From Candidatus Saccharimonadia bacterium (lineage in GTDB: Bacteria > Patescibacteriota > Saccharimonadia > UBA4664), in contig JBGTMQ010000021.1 of the NCBI GenBank assembly GCA_041743505.1, positions 521 to 64,520 of the forward strand: a stretch of 64,000 bases of DNA, given 5' to 3'. Below are positions 29,335 to 38,713 of the stretch, piece by piece. The notes under the pieces were generated by a model, which had not been told where the DNA came from, did not search any database, and saw nothing but the letters and a program-made list of their open reading frames with translations. The position numbers and the translations under genes were made by a program. The number at the start of each line of letters is the position of its first letter. The first letter of the stretch is position 1.

Positions 29335-29846
29335 TGAAAACGGCAATTGTTCCGGCACAGATCACGACTGTTGAGGATAAAGTCGCGGGGAACCTAGGCC
29401 TTTCTCAGCTACTGCTGTTGGCTGCGCCGGTGTTCATCGGGGGTGCTGTCTATATTATCCTTCCGCCAAGCCTCGGCGCGGCACTCTATAAACTCGTCGT
29501 CGTGACGATCATTAGCTTAGTCTTTGGCTTATTGGCTATTAGGATTAAGGGCCGCATCCTGCTGTTTTGGGCGATTACGATTGCGCGATACAACTTACGG
29601 CCGCGGCATTATGTATTCGACAAGAATGACATGCATCTGCGGTACAAGAGCGAGAAAGGCGTCGAGGCGCATACCACGGCAGATCAAGCGCAGAATCCCA
29701 AGGCGGCGAACCATAAGGTAGCCCCAGGTTTGAGTACCACAGACACCGTGATGCTTGAGGGAATTATTGCCAATCCTGAGGCAAAATTGCATTTTATAAC
29801 CGACCGGAAAGGGGGCTTGAGTGTCCGCATTACAGAAGTCAAATAA
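29334..29846 (+). CDS. PrgI/VirB3-like small membrane protein
   Basis: 170 aa with two TM helices, immediately upstream of VirB4. Start overlaps the previous stop (TAATG). Confidence 0.45.
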   Translation: MKTAIVPAQITTVEDKVAGNLGLSQLLLLAAPVFIGGAVYIILPPSLGAALYKLVVVTIISLVFGLLAIRIKGRILLFWAITIARYNLRPRHYVFDKNDMHLRYKSEKGVEAHTTADQAQNPKAANHKVAPGLSTTDTVMLEGIIANPEAKLHFITDRKGGLSVRITEVK

Positions 29847-30435
29847 GAAACAGTCCTCACGTCAGCAGATCAATATCAAGGGCGTGCAAGACGGAGTCTT
29901 GATGCTGCCAGGCGATCAGTACCGGGTTATTCTCGAAGCTTCGGCCATAAACTTTGAACTTAAGAGTGACGATGAGCAGGATGCGATTATTGAGGCTTAC
30001 CAAAGCTTTCTCAACTCCCTGTCATGTCCGGTGCAGATTCTGGCACGGATTCGCGAGATGGATATGCAGCAATATCTCGATAATTTCCGGCAGGCTTCAG
30101 CTCAGGAGAAGGAGCCGATCTATCGTGATCAGATCAACAACTATGCTGAATTCGTTCAGAGCCTCGTTAACACGAATAAGATTCTTTCCCGCCGCTTCTA
30201 CGTGGTTATTCCGCACACCGACTATTACGGCGACGGTTTTGAGGCCGTTCACGAGCAGCTGCTACTGAACAGCGATATTGTTGGCAAAGGCCTGAGCCGG
30301 CTTGGCATTCAGACGCGCCAGCTTAGCAGCCTGGAGGTTCTCGATCTCTTTTACACCTTTTACAATCCTCAGCAGGCCAAGCGGCAGCCCATCACTGAGC
30401 AGACTCTGCGGCTACTTAAAGATTCTTACCTATAG
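29821..30435 (+). CDS. VirB4/TraE-family ATPase, N-terminal domain fragment (ends at in-frame TAG)
   Basis: Same frame as the downstream ATPase ORF. Sequence resembles the N-terminus of Gram-positive VirB4 homologues. Confidence 0.55.
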   Translation: MSALQKSNKKQSSRQQINIKGVQDGVLMLPGDQYRVILEASAINFELKSDDEQDAIIEAYQSFLNSLSCPVQILARIREMDMQQYLDNFRQASAQEKEPIYRDQINNYAEFVQSLVNTNKILSRRFYVVIPHTDYYGDGFEAVHEQLLLNSDIVGKGLSRLGIQTRQLSSLEVLDLFYTFYNPQQAKRQPITEQTLRLLKDSYL

Positions 30436-30441
30436 GAGCAT

Positions 30442-32178
30442 TTGATGGAATTCTGGGAACAAATTACTGCATGGAAGAAGCGCCGCGATGAGCGGCCAAA
30501 AGAATTGGCTCTTAGTTTTGGTGAGCAGGACCCGATGGATATTATTTCGTACGCCGGAATGGAGGAGCAGGTAGACCATCTGTGCATCGACGGCCAGTTT
30601 ATGCGGACGCTGTATATCTCCGGCTATCCGTTTGTGGCAGCCTCGGGCTGGCTCAATAGTCTGGTAAATTTTAATCACAATGCGGACATTTCGTACCACC
30701 TGACAGCGGTTAACGCGACGCAATCCCTGCCAAAACTAAACCGCAAAATCACCGAGCTAGAATCAACAAAAAGAGCGATGGTTCGCAACGGCAAGATTGT
30801 CGGCCCCGAGGTTACAGACCCGCTAGAGTCTGCAACTGAACTGCGCAATAAGATTTTGCGAGGGCAGGAAAAGCTATTCCAGGTTTCGATTTATGTAGCT
30901 CTGACCTCCGAAACGCTGGCTGAGCTGAACAGCGTTACGAAGATGCTAGAAACCGAGTTGTCGTCGCGGTTGTTTTACACCAAAGTTGCACGATATCAGC
31001 AAGTCGAGGCATTACAGTCGGTGCTGCCGCGAAGCGAGAATATCCTGGACCAAAAGCGGAACCTAGACAGCTCGTCGGCGGCTCTGACATTTCCACTGAT
31101 GTCGTCCGAGCTGGTGCAGGAATCTGGTATCCTCTACGGGGTCAACAAGTCCAACAACTCTCTGGTGATCCTCGATCGCTTTAGCCTAAATAACGCCAAT
31201 AGCATCGTGTTTGCTCAGTCGGGCAGCGGTAAGAGCTACGCGACGAAAGTCGAGATTCTGAGGCAGTTAATGCAAGGCACAAGGGTCATCGTGATCGATC
31301 CGGAGCGAGAATATAAACTGCTGGCCGAATCCGTGAATGGTTCGTACATCAAGCTTTCAGCTAACTCCAGAGAAAAGATTAACCCGTTCGACTTGGCAAC
31401 AACGGCCCGCTCGAAAGAGCATCTGTCCGAGCATGTGCAGGATTTGACGGAAGTCATTTCGCTCATGGCAGATGGGCTTGATTCCAGCGAGGCGGCGGCG
31501 GTCGATAAGGCGATTCTTAAAATTTATCACGAGGCTGGCGACGAGATGCCGCTGCTTCGTGACCTCTACGCAGAGCTGCGAAAGCTCGGTCACTTAACAC
31601 TGTGCGAGCGGCTTGAGAAGTATATCAGCGGCTCATTGGCCGGCGTCTTTAACGAGCAGACTAATATTAAGCTCGACAACCGGCTGGTGGTGTTCGATAT
31701 CAAGGACATGCCCGAATCGCTGCGCCAGATTATGATGATGATTATTTCCAGCTTCGTGCAGAATGAGGTAAAGGTACACCCGCAGAAGCGCATGCTAATT
31801 ATTGATGAGGGCTGGCTGCTTCTGGAACACGAGCAAAGCGCCCGATTTGTAACGGGCCTGGTGCGACGTGCTCGAAAATATTACCTGGGCGTTTCGATCA
31901 TCTCGCAGCAGGCTAACGACTTTTTGCGAAGTGACTACGGCCGGGCAATAGCCTCGCAAAGCAGTTTGCGAATTCTAATGCGCCAGGATACGACGACCAT
32001 CAAAAACGTGGCAATGGAGTTCAATTTGAGCGAGTGGGAGGAGAGCTTCTTGCTCACTTGCGAGAGGGGCGACGCACTGATTATCGCAGACCAGAACCAT
32101 GTTGCTGTTAAAGTTGTGGCCTCTAGTAAAGAGCACCCTCTCATTACTACAAACCCGACAGAGCTATACCAGCCATGA
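30442..32178 (+). CDS. VirB4/TrbE/TraE-family conjugation ATPase, C-terminal ATPase domain
   Basis: Walker A AQSGSGKS, Walker B MLIIDEGW. ATG 30445 preceded by AGGAG. Confidence 0.8.
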   Translation: MMEFWEQITAWKKRRDERPKELALSFGEQDPMDIISYAGMEEQVDHLCIDGQFMRTLYISGYPFVAASGWLNSLVNFNHNADISYHLTAVNATQSLPKLNRKITELESTKRAMVRNGKIVGPEVTDPLESATELRNKILRGQEKLFQVSIYVALTSETLAELNSVTKMLETELSSRLFYTKVARYQQVEALQSVLPRSENILDQKRNLDSSSAALTFPLMSSELVQESGILYGVNKSNNSLVILDRFSLNNANSIVFAQSGSGKSYATKVEILRQLMQGTRVIVIDPEREYKLLAESVNGSYIKLSANSREKINPFDLATTARSKEHLSEHVQDLTEVISLMADGLDSSEAAAVDKAILKIYHEAGDEMPLLRDLYAELRKLGHLTLCERLEKYISGSLAGVFNEQTNIKLDNRLVVFDIKDMPESLRQIMMMIISSFVQNEVKVHPQKRMLIIDEGWLLLEHEQSARFVTGLVRRARKYYLGVSIISQQANDFLRSDYGRAIASQSSLRILMRQDTTTIKNVAMEFNLSEWEESFLLTCERGDALIIADQNHVAVKVVASSKEHPLITTNPTELYQP

Positions 32179-32672
32179 AGCCGCTACTGATGCTGGGCGC
32201 AGTGTCATTCAAAAAAGAGATTGCGATCGTGCTTGTTTCATTGGGTGTGATCGTGTCTCTGCCGGTTGTCGCGCTCGCGTCCGTTGTGGATGTGGGGCAA
32301 ATGAAGGACCCGGAGGTCAAGCTCTATACCGGGCCAGTCTCGACAACGAACACCTACGTTTTCGGTCATTGCACATACTGGGTTGCAATACGGCGCGAAC
32401 AAACAGGCACTCCCATTCCGAACAATTGGGGCCACGCGAAAACATGGGCTAGTAACGCGATTAGCCAAGGCTATAAGGTCGACCATGTCCCGGTTGTGGG
32501 GTCAATCATGCAAACGACGGCAGGGCTATTCGGTCATGTGGCATATGTTGAGAGCGTAAACACAGCCGATCGCAGCTGGACTATTTCTGAAATGAACTTT
32601 GTAGGGTGGGATGTGATGAGCAACCGCACCTTGCCCGCGAAAGCAGCGCTTGATTATAACTTTATTCACTAG
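32175..32672 (+). CDS. CHAP-domain peptidoglycan hydrolase (VirB1-like function)
   Basis: Signal/TM N-terminus. Cys...His CHAP motifs (GHCTYWV...GHVAYVE). ATGA overlap with VirB4 stop. Confidence 0.6.
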   Translation: MKPLLMLGAVSFKKEIAIVLVSLGVIVSLPVVALASVVDVGQMKDPEVKLYTGPVSTTNTYVFGHCTYWVAIRREQTGTPIPNNWGHAKTWASNAISQGYKVDHVPVVGSIMQTTAGLFGHVAYVESVNTADRSWTISEMNFVGWDVMSNRTLPAKAALDYNFIH

Positions 32673-32680
32673 GGGCTGAG

Positions 32681-35287
32681 ATGGAGACTATCACCGAGTA
32701 TTCGCTAGACATCCTATCCTCACTGCTGCCTGTGGTAGTAGTCTTCCTCGTGGTGATTCTGCTCATAGGGCTCGCCGTAGCGGTATTATTCCGCATCTTG
32801 ACCCTCCGTCGTCTATTCCGGCAAAAGTGGGTATTTTTAGAGCTTACGCCCCCAGCACAGACTGATAAATCACCGGAGGCTACTCAGCAATTATTCTCGG
32901 TTTTGCATGGATTGGACTCGGTACGCTCGCATAAAGATACCCTCCTACGGCGAAAGGAAGTATTCTCGCTTGAGGTTGTCTCGACCCGAGAGCAAGGCAT
33001 CCGCTACATAATCCGAGTTTCGGAGCATGAGGCGCCAATATTCGAGCAGACAATTGCCTCATATCTGCCGGAAGTCCGCCACAGGCGTATTAAGGATTTT
33101 CTGCCGGAGTCGTTTAGAAGCGGCGCCGTTCGTGTGCTCGATTTTAAACAGATGGGTCACTTCGCCTATCCATTACAAAAACAATGGTCGCTCAATGAGC
33201 ACGACCCTATCGCCTACCTAACCGGTACTATGACCAAGCTCGCAGCTAACGAAATGGTCGTGTTCCAGATTGTCGCTTCACCTACCAGAGTCCGCGAGGC
33301 AGAAGCAATTGCGGGGCGCATTCTCAACAATGCCGAATTGCTGCACAGGCTTGGTAAGCGGGGGCTGCCCGGCATTGGCGGCCTGTTTGCGGCTATCAAC
33401 TTAGTACTGTTTGGCACCCTGGAATCCATTAGTGAGCTTTCCCGTAGTTCACCGACACATGCGGGTCAGACCGGTGGCCGCGATGTCCAGCGTGAGCGTG
33501 ATGTGGCGATGAGAATCAAGCCGGCACGTACGCTGAGCGCTTTTGAGCAGCAGTTGGCCGAATCGGTGCATGACAAGGTGAGTCAGCCTCTTTTTCGGAC
33601 CAATATACGCGCATTGGTAGTAACGGCGAGCCCCCAAAACCGGGCGCAGAGACTTAAGGGCATACAGGCCTCGCTCATGTCCTTGAGCCTGCCCAAGTAC
33701 CAGTCGCTTAAGGCGCGTTATGACTTTCCATATTTCATCAGGGGTAGATTGAACACCTTTGCATTCCTCAGCCGCCTGCCGTCCCCGCTGCCGCTCAAAT
33801 CGGTTTTGCTTTCTGCGTCTGAAGTTGCCAATATATATCACTTCCCTTTTAGCCTAACGGCTAAGACCGAGAACGTAGTGCGGTCACTTAGCCGGACGCT
33901 TCCGGCACCTATTTCACTCAAGGGCAAGGCTGAGTTCGACGTCGTCTTGGGTCGGAATCATCATCACGGCACTACTACCGATATCGGCCTGACTGCCGCC
34001 GAACGCGAGCGCCATGTTTACGTGCTCGGAGGCACCGGCAACGGTAAGACTACGATGCTCGAGTATTCAATTGTTCAGGACATTCAGAGCGGCAAAGGCG
34101 TTGCCGTTGTCGATCCACACGGTGATCTAGCGGAGAAACTTTTGCGCTTTATCCCCGAGAACCGCATCAAGGACGTCATTTACTTTAATCCGGCGGATTT
34201 AAAGTATCCGGTTGGGCTGAACTTGCTTGAGCTACCGGAAGGTTTGTCCGGCGACGAGCTTATCGACGCCAAAGACTTTATAACTGAGGCAATTATTTCA
34301 ATAATGCGAAAGATTTTCTCGGATGACGATACGGGCGGACACCGCATTGAGTATGTTTTGCGAAATACGGTGCAAACGGCACTAACAGTGAAAGATGCGA
34401 CCCTGTTCACCGTTTTCGACTTGCTGACCGATTCGAAGTACCGAAAGAAGATTGTTAAAACACTCGAAGATGAGAAATTAAAGAACTTCTGGAAGGAGGA
34501 AGTCGGCAAAGCCGGCGATTTCCAGCGTGTTAAGATGTCGGCTGGCGTGACGGCCAAGATTGGGCGGTTCCAGTTCTCGGCCTCCGCAGAGCGCATCTTG
34601 AGCCAGCCAAAGTCTACAATTAATTTCGAAGAAATACTCGACGGCAAAATTCTGATCTGCAATTTCGCCAAGGGGTTGATCGGCGAAGACACCTCCGAGC
34701 TGTTTGGTATTAGCACGCTAGCAAAGCTGCAGCTGGCGGCATACCGTAGAGTGAAGCAGAAGCGAGCAGACCGGAAACCGTTCTATCTCTACGTGGACGA
34801 GTTTCAAAACTTTGCCACGATGTCTTTTGTGCAGATGCTGTCTGAGGCACGAAAATATAGAGTCTTCTTGACGATGGCCGAGCAGTCCACATCCCAGCAG
34901 GACGACCAGCGCATGGTTAATACGATCTTAGCTAATGTTGGGACAGTTGTTTGTTTTCGGTCGGGGAGCCCGGCCGACGAGCAGCTTATCCTTCCCCTCT
35001 TTTCGCCCTATATCCAAGAGGGCGAGATCGCCAACCTTGCTACCTATAATTTCTACGCGCGGATATCGGCCGTGTTGTCTCAAGAGCCTGTTTCGGGCGA
35101 GACGCTATTGCTGGAGAACTCCGGCAGCGAAATGATCGCACAATCGGCCATTAGCGCGTCGCGCGCAAATTATGCCCGGCAGCACAAACCAACTGTTAAT
35201 GTGACGGACGCTAGGCCCGCCACGACAAAGCGAAAACCAAAAAAGCCCATTGCCGCGAGCCAGACCACGGCTCTACCAGGAGACTAG
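32681..35287 (+). CDS. type IV coupling protein (VirD4/TraG/TcpA-like ATPase)
   Basis: N-terminal TM segments. Walker A VLGGTGNGKTT, Walker B YLYVDEFQNF. 868 aa. Confidence 0.7.
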   Translation: METITEYSLDILSSLLPVVVVFLVVILLIGLAVAVLFRILTLRRLFRQKWVFLELTPPAQTDKSPEATQQLFSVLHGLDSVRSHKDTLLRRKEVFSLEVVSTREQGIRYIIRVSEHEAPIFEQTIASYLPEVRHRRIKDFLPESFRSGAVRVLDFKQMGHFAYPLQKQWSLNEHDPIAYLTGTMTKLAANEMVVFQIVASPTRVREAEAIAGRILNNAELLHRLGKRGLPGIGGLFAAINLVLFGTLESISELSRSSPTHAGQTGGRDVQRERDVAMRIKPARTLSAFEQQLAESVHDKVSQPLFRTNIRALVVTASPQNRAQRLKGIQASLMSLSLPKYQSLKARYDFPYFIRGRLNTFAFLSRLPSPLPLKSVLLSASEVANIYHFPFSLTAKTENVVRSLSRTLPAPISLKGKAEFDVVLGRNHHHGTTTDIGLTAAERERHVYVLGGTGNGKTTMLEYSIVQDIQSGKGVAVVDPHGDLAEKLLRFIPENRIKDVIYFNPADLKYPVGLNLLELPEGLSGDELIDAKDFITEAIISIMRKIFSDDDTGGHRIEYVLRNTVQTALTVKDATLFTVFDLLTDSKYRKKIVKTLEDEKLKNFWKEEVGKAGDFQRVKMSAGVTAKIGRFQFSASAERILSQPKSTINFEEILDGKILICNFAKGLIGEDTSELFGISTLAKLQLAAYRRVKQKRADRKPFYLYVDEFQNFATMSFVQMLSEARKYRVFLTMAEQSTSQQDDQRMVNTILANVGTVVCFRSGSPADEQLILPLFSPYIQEGEIANLATYNFYARISAVLSQEPVSGETLLLENSGSEMIAQSAISASRANYARQHKPTVNVTDARPATTKRKPKKPIAASQTTALPGD

Positions 35288-35372
35288 CTCGTATCAATGC
35301 CCCCTGCCGGCTTTACTCTCGCCTGTAAGGCGAAAGTTCTACAAGGGGCAGGCACGCGTTTTATACGTTACT

Positions 35373-36731
35373 TTACTGACCCGCCTGTATCGATCCACGA
35401 GCAAATGCCTCAAGGATCCTTTTGCTCGGGAAATCGGAGAGCGATATGAGGCGGTTAGCTAAAGCAACAGGGATCAATGCGTTATCGTACATTGAACATC
35501 GCAGCTCACCAAGAACGGAAAGAACGCTCGTAAGATTGTGGAAGTCTGCATACGATGGGTTCGGTGAGTATTTACTCATCGGAACAGTCGCCACATAAAC
35601 ATTACCGTCTTTAGCTTTGTATATAAACTTTCCTCCCCAGTAAGTGTTGCTACCGTAAGCATCGGGGCCCTTAGGATCACCCGGCACAATGTATTTATAG
35701 ATATATTCGTTAGACAGAAGCAAGACCGAGCCTGGTCGCATTTGACCCTCGATTAGCATAGCGTGTTCAACGAATGGCCCACTCTTTTCTAGGCCCGCCG
35801 CGTTGAGAAGAGGAGGCTCACTCGGCTGGTTCTCTTGGACTCCTAAGAATTCAGCCAACTCCCGCATGGGCTTCGACAATGGCGCCGTCTGACCAAAGAA
35901 GGCCAATGGGCCGTCTTTGATAAATAATACCTCCCGCAGAAGGCTAGGCTTAAGCTCCCACAATGTCTTGATGAGGTGCACTAGCACAATCTGCTCTAGC
36001 ATTGTCATTACATAGCTGGTGATACCACCCGCTCCCTGCTCTTCATCTATTCGTTCATGCAACCGCAGGGCGTCCACAAGATAGATCGGCGCTCCGCAAG
36101 TTGTACAGGCTTGTTCGTCGGGCGAGTCATTTGAGAGCACAATATATGTCCGCGTACAGCCGACATTCGGACAGGACGGTATATCCCAGGTTTTGGCGCC
36201 GTCTGGTTTCCAGCCTCTAAATAAAATCCATCTTAATGCTTCAGATAAGGGCTTCTCTTCATCTTGGGCCTTTGTGAAGAAATCATGCAGGCTTGAGCGT
36301 ACGGAGTCGATGAGTGATTGACTAGCACGGGAAATGTTTTTAGTCGGGAGTACAAGCGTATAGCGCTGGATATTTTTAAGCTTTGCTAAATCCTCAGGGG
36401 CAATGAACGGCTGATTATCGAGTTCACGTAATTCCTCAAGCTTAAAAAGCAAGGGACCGAAAGCAAAAAAGGTTATTACGGATGATGGAAATTCGTTCCG
36501 GACAGCGGCCTCCCTATAGCTTCCATCAACAGCAACAACTGCTTTGATTTTCTGATCCTCGACCTCTGGTACATCCTGTATAAGAGCTTCTAGGACGGAT
36601 TTTTCTGCTGCTTTTGGCACCGTGCAGCCGTCCAGAAATGCTTGAACGGTTGGGTTATTAATAATATTGCTATGGGATATTTTGCTCGCCCTCTCCATGG
36701 GCTTGCGCCCTTTGGCGCTACCATATGCCAT
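35373..36731 (-). CDS. NurA-like nuclease with inserted C4 zinc ribbon
   Basis: NurA motif KAVVAVDGSYRE. CPNVGC...CTTCG ribbon. ATG overlaps the HerA stop (TAATG). Confidence 0.55.
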   Translation of the reverse strand: MAYGSAKGRKPMERASKISHSNIINNPTVQAFLDGCTVPKAAEKSVLEALIQDVPEVEDQKIKAVVAVDGSYREAAVRNEFPSSVITFFAFGPLLFKLEELRELDNQPFIAPEDLAKLKNIQRYTLVLPTKNISRASQSLIDSVRSSLHDFFTKAQDEEKPLSEALRWILFRGWKPDGAKTWDIPSCPNVGCTRTYIVLSNDSPDEQACTTCGAPIYLVDALRLHERIDEEQGAGGITSYVMTMLEQIVLVHLIKTLWELKPSLLREVLFIKDGPLAFFGQTAPLSKPMRELAEFLGVQENQPSEPPLLNAAGLEKSGPFVEHAMLIEGQMRPGSVLLLSNEYIYKYIVPGDPKGPDAYGSNTYWGGKFIYKAKDGNVYVATVPMSKYSPNPSYADFHNLTSVLSVLGELRCSMYDNALIPVALANRLISLSDFPSKRILEAFARGSIQAGQ

Positions 36732-38698
36732 TAAACGGCCTCGGCTTGTGCTTCACTTTTTGGAGCTTCGGCCACAATAACCTTAAATTGATCCACTTGT
36801 ATCGGGACGATGAAGGTATTCGAGTCAGTTTTAAGCCGGATAAAGCCTCGATCGGTTGTTCGGCGGAGGCTGTCGGTGAAGTCTTCAAAGTCGTAATACT
36901 TATTGAGCTCACGAAGTTCATCTTGGTTGTTGAGATGAGAAACGAACCAGTTCTGAGTGTTTTTGAGAATACTTCCGGAAATAGAGCTGACTTCCTGGGT
37001 CGCATAGCACAGGCCAAGTCGTAGCTTCTGGCCTTCTTTCGCTAGGCGGTTATAGATATTGGTGAGATCTTTTTCTTCTTTACGCGGGAAAAGGTTGTGC
37101 GCTTCTTCAAAATACATTTGTATGAAGTTTGCGGGTTCGTTATCGATGAACCTCTTCATGGCTTCGCCGAAGATCTTTTTACATACACGGTCGGAGTATA
37201 CCCGTTGTATGTGCGGATCACCCTGTGAAAGATCTATAAGAACGATTTTGCCGGATCGCAAAAGTTCCACTATCTCGTCCTCAAAGGATTCTCCAATGGT
37301 GGCCGTGTGGAGGTCACGCCCTTTAATAAATTTTCTATACCCGCTTTCGCTTGAGTTTGCACCCGGCCTGGATTTTCGAGTAAGAAACCGCATCAAGGTT
37401 TGAAGATCTTCTTCGGCCCATTCGCGTCCGCCCTTCGACTTCTTCAGTGCCTGGAATGGACCGCCCGAGTCAGCGTAATTGTCCCATGCGGCGCTAAACC
37501 AAGCGGCTGCATCGTCTAGGCTTAAGCCCGACTTGGGCTCGACTCCTTTCAGGCCGGGAATCTCTGACTCTCTGATCTCTTTGGCGGAATCGAAATACAC
37601 TTTTTCATCGGTCTGAGCAAAGCCCGCCTTGAATAGACACGCCTTGTATGCCGCAATTTTCCGTTTATATTTAATCGTCGCCCCAACGTCTTCGTTGTCC
37701 GGCTCTTCCCAGTCTATGTTCAAGAAAGCCTTAACGTAATCGGCGGTGTCGTCAGCAAGTAGAGTGGAGAGCAAACCGAACCCATCTGTTACCGACTTAT
37801 AAAAGTTCAGTTTCATTACCTTGAAGCCTGTTTTTTCCATAACACTGTAGCGGGTTACTTCGTTTGGGTACTGCTGGAAAATCGCCGTGCCGTCGTCCTG
37901 CTGGTTGGTATTTGCGTACTCGCCATTTATGTCGAAAACAATTTGGCCTACGGGCTTCACGGGGGCGCCATTCATCGGAGCGCCCGAATTTGATATGCCC
38001 ACAGTCGCCTGGATAATCTTTTTTACGGAGTTGGATTTTCCAGTTCGGGTCATTCCAAATAGTGCAGTTCTTTTACCGAGGAAATCGATTGGAGTGACAA
38101 ATACTGGCACATCTTCGCCGGAAAGGTGTCGCTGGCTTGAACTATAGCGAATTTTGCCAATCCGCTCGTCGCCTTTACCGCCTGGTATTCCCTGCTCTCT
38201 GAAGTTGACGATGTATTCGAGCAACTTACCCGTTGGCTTGATCACCTCATAGCTATTAGGGGCGTAAAAGTTATCCAAATCTCCAGCGAATTTTACATCA
38301 CCAGCGTCATTGCGGTAAAAAGAGCCGATAACCCGACATTCCAACCCCGAATACTGAAACTCTGCGCGGGTGTAGGAATCGAGCTGAGAGCCGGCGGATT
38401 GTTCCTTGTAATGGTCAACCATTGCGGCAACAACGTCATCGTCCGTAGGGAGACGCGTAGGACGAAGGACACGAACTAAGATCGCTTCATCTATCCCGTC
38501 TTCAGCGGTGTACCGGCAGAGTAGAAAAGCTCCCGCAGGGACACCGCTAACTTTTCGTTTCCAGCTATCGTTTGACAGGAGTTTCAGTGTGTTGAAGTCG
38601 AGATAGAATGGGCGCCCGACAAATGCATCTTGTTTTTTGGCCTCAGCGAATAAGTCCACCGTGGCTAGTTGTTTGAGTTCTTCGATTACAGAAGCCAC
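36731..38698 (-). CDS. HerA/FtsK-like ATPase (DUF87-type)
   Basis: Walker A LFGMTRTGKSN, Walker B KIVLIDLSQGD, C-terminal QEVSSISGSILKNTQNWFVSHL typical of HerA. 655 aa. Confidence 0.65.
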   Translation of the reverse strand: MASVIEELKQLATVDLFAEAKKQDAFVGRPFYLDFNTLKLLSNDSWKRKVSGVPAGAFLLCRYTAEDGIDEAILVRVLRPTRLPTDDDVVAAMVDHYKEQSAGSQLDSYTRAEFQYSGLECRVIGSFYRNDAGDVKFAGDLDNFYAPNSYEVIKPTGKLLEYIVNFREQGIPGGKGDERIGKIRYSSSQRHLSGEDVPVFVTPIDFLGKRTALFGMTRTGKSNSVKKIIQATVGISNSGAPMNGAPVKPVGQIVFDINGEYANTNQQDDGTAIFQQYPNEVTRYSVMEKTGFKVMKLNFYKSVTDGFGLLSTLLADDTADYVKAFLNIDWEEPDNEDVGATIKYKRKIAAYKACLFKAGFAQTDEKVYFDSAKEIRESEIPGLKGVEPKSGLSLDDAAAWFSAAWDNYADSGGPFQALKKSKGGREWAEEDLQTLMRFLTRKSRPGANSSESGYRKFIKGRDLHTATIGESFEDEIVELLRSGKIVLIDLSQGDPHIQRVYSDRVCKKIFGEAMKRFIDNEPANFIQMYFEEAHNLFPRKEEKDLTNIYNRLAKEGQKLRLGLCYATQEVSSISGSILKNTQNWFVSHLNNQDELRELNKYYDFEDFTDSLRRTTDRGFIRLKTDSNTFIVPIQVDQFKVIVAEAPKSEAQAEAV

Positions 38699-38713
38699 AC
38701 TGCGGCCCTTTGT

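Noticed and set aside
29821-30435. Treating the 204-aa ORF as an unrelated independent gene
   Set aside because: It is in frame with the VirB4 ATPase ORF, separated only by one TAG, and its sequence resembles VirB4 N-terminal domains. Interpreted as split VirB4 instead.
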